The notes under the pieces: generated by a model
What the model was told of the DNA's origin: nothing
Databases searched by the model: none
The model's input: the letters and a program-made list of their open reading frames with translations, nothing else
Position numbers and translations under genes: made by a program
NCBI GenBank assembly: GCA_002269645.1
Contig: NIVC01002770.1
Location: 77,901 to 141,900, forward strand
DNA: 64,000 bases
Direction: 5' to 3'
Origin: Macrostomum lignano
Taxonomy: Eukaryota
Shown here: positions 62,644-64,000 of the stretch, one piece after another
Layout of the letters: the number at the start of each line of letters is the position of its first letter
Numbering within the stretch: the stretch's first letter is position 1

Positions 62644-63371
62644 CGCGTCACTCGAGGTTCGTCCGTCTGATTTCGTAGGCTGAAAGAATTCAAACATTGA
62701 GTTGAAGTCAAGCTCGTGTGTACTTTAAGTTTAAGCTAGAGCTAGAGATACGTTGCAGGGTGACAAACTGAACATTGCTGAGACTGGGTGCTGGGTCGCA
62801 GCCCCCCACCGTACTCTGTATTTCTACTGCAGCTGCTACCCTATCACAGCAGGGCGAGCCCTGGAGCTCTCAGTTGAATTTGCCATTCCGCTCTTACACA
62901 GTGGCTGACTTAAAAGATGACGCAAGCATTACAAGCGCTATGTTAATTTTTACTCTCTAAATGCAAGTGTGTACTTGGCAAGAATGCTAGGGCAGGGCTC
63001 AATCAGCATGGTGCTGCCTCACCCCCTATACACGGCTTGGAGACGTCTTCTGGACAAAATTAGCAACAGCTGGCAGAGGTATGGAAAGAGGGGAAATCTG
63101 CAAATCTGTCCAGCAAAGCTGCACGATGAGAAAGAGAAGCAGATCCGCTGGCTGTCTGCGCGCAGCAATGGAAATTAGCTGCCGGCAGATCTAGATTAGC
63201 TGTCACTTCGGCTAAGTCCAAAGTCGGTCAGATTAACTAAGCCAAGAAGGAAGAATTGAAGCAGAGCTCATTGCTTTCACTTTTTTCTGTGCTTTTTTTC
63301 AATAGTTTTCTCAAAGGAAGTCTTGAGCAGCGGTCATTGCATAGAGGAATGCGTTCCTAGAGACAGGGGCT

Positions 63372-63701
63372 GTGAGCACCCTGGCGCACTTTAAGCGACA
63401 TTGTCACACAACCGGCGAGAGGCATTGCTGCCATTCCGCCGACTCCCCTGAGCAGGCACACAAGCGAGTAGATACGTACGCAGTCATACGCACAGGCACA
63501 CACTCAGCTACAGCGGACCTAACTTTTTATCGTTAGGCATGTACACTTCACTGTGCCTTGGGGGTTGGCCTTCTAGGCGTTAATTGCACGAGCAGAGCCA
63601 AGCTGAGATCCAATTCAGCCCCAAATTATGTGACTGCACTTGGAATCGAGCCTGGGCCGCTGGCACATCAGAGCGCCGCGCCAGACCACTGGGCTACGGC
63701 C
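63372..63701 (-). mobile_element. Second tRNA-derived SINE family, most complete copy
   Basis: Minus strand starts GGCCGTAGCCCAGTGGTC (A box), has GGCTCGATTCC (B box, 63642-63652), body GTGTACATGCCT..., ends CAGGGTGCTCACAGCCCC. Confidence 0.7.
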
Positions 63702-64000
63702 TTCGTTCCAGTATCAATTGTAAAATAGCTGGTTTTACATCGCGTGCATGCATAGATCTACTTCGCTGATTGAACTTATTAGCTGATGATGCAATACTAA
63801 TCTTCTCAATCAGTCGGCAAGACAGGCGAGTAATAAAAAGACAAGAGAGAGGGGGATATTGAACGAGCTTCACAGAGAAATGGAAACCGAAATATTTCGA
63901 GTGATTAATTAGAATGCCAGGAAGGGAGAGATGGGGTGGGCAGACTGCAGAGAGAGGCATCATCCTGATCGGGGATTCTGATCCATGACTGCTCGGCGGG

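Overview
Eukaryotic (animal) genomic DNA, not prokaryotic. It has GT-AG introns, GC-rich coding exons, poly-Q/poly-A tracts and a very high load of micro/minisatellites. The style resembles a free-living flatworm such as Macrostomum, but that is an inference only. Three host genes are supported. (1) A 14-exon SGSM1/2-type RUN+TBC Rab-GAP on + (913..22055, 1139 aa; all 13 splice phases reconcile). (2) An intronless class A peptide-type GPCR on + (30272..31567). (3) An LRR-Ig-TM receptor-like gene on - (59282..62643) broken by several frameshifts that look like small indels. Mobile DNA comprises two non-autonomous hAT elements with exact 8-bp TSDs, two Gypsy-type solo-LTR-like elements with 4-bp TSDs, and a frameshifted mariner nested in the larger LTR-like element at a palindromic site. 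There is also a compressed Ngaro/DIRS tyrosine-recombinase retroelement relic and two tRNA-derived SINE families (one with a CORE domain, 3 copies; one unnamed, 9 copies or fragments). About 30 tandem arrays are present, and most long ORFs in the ORF track are artefacts of them. The most striking architecture is that ten of the 13 SGSM introns carry their own tandem array(s), usually reaching within tens of bases of a splice site. I found no CRISPR array, rRNA or credible functional tRNA. I cannot claim a proven new biological system; the candidates are listed with tests.
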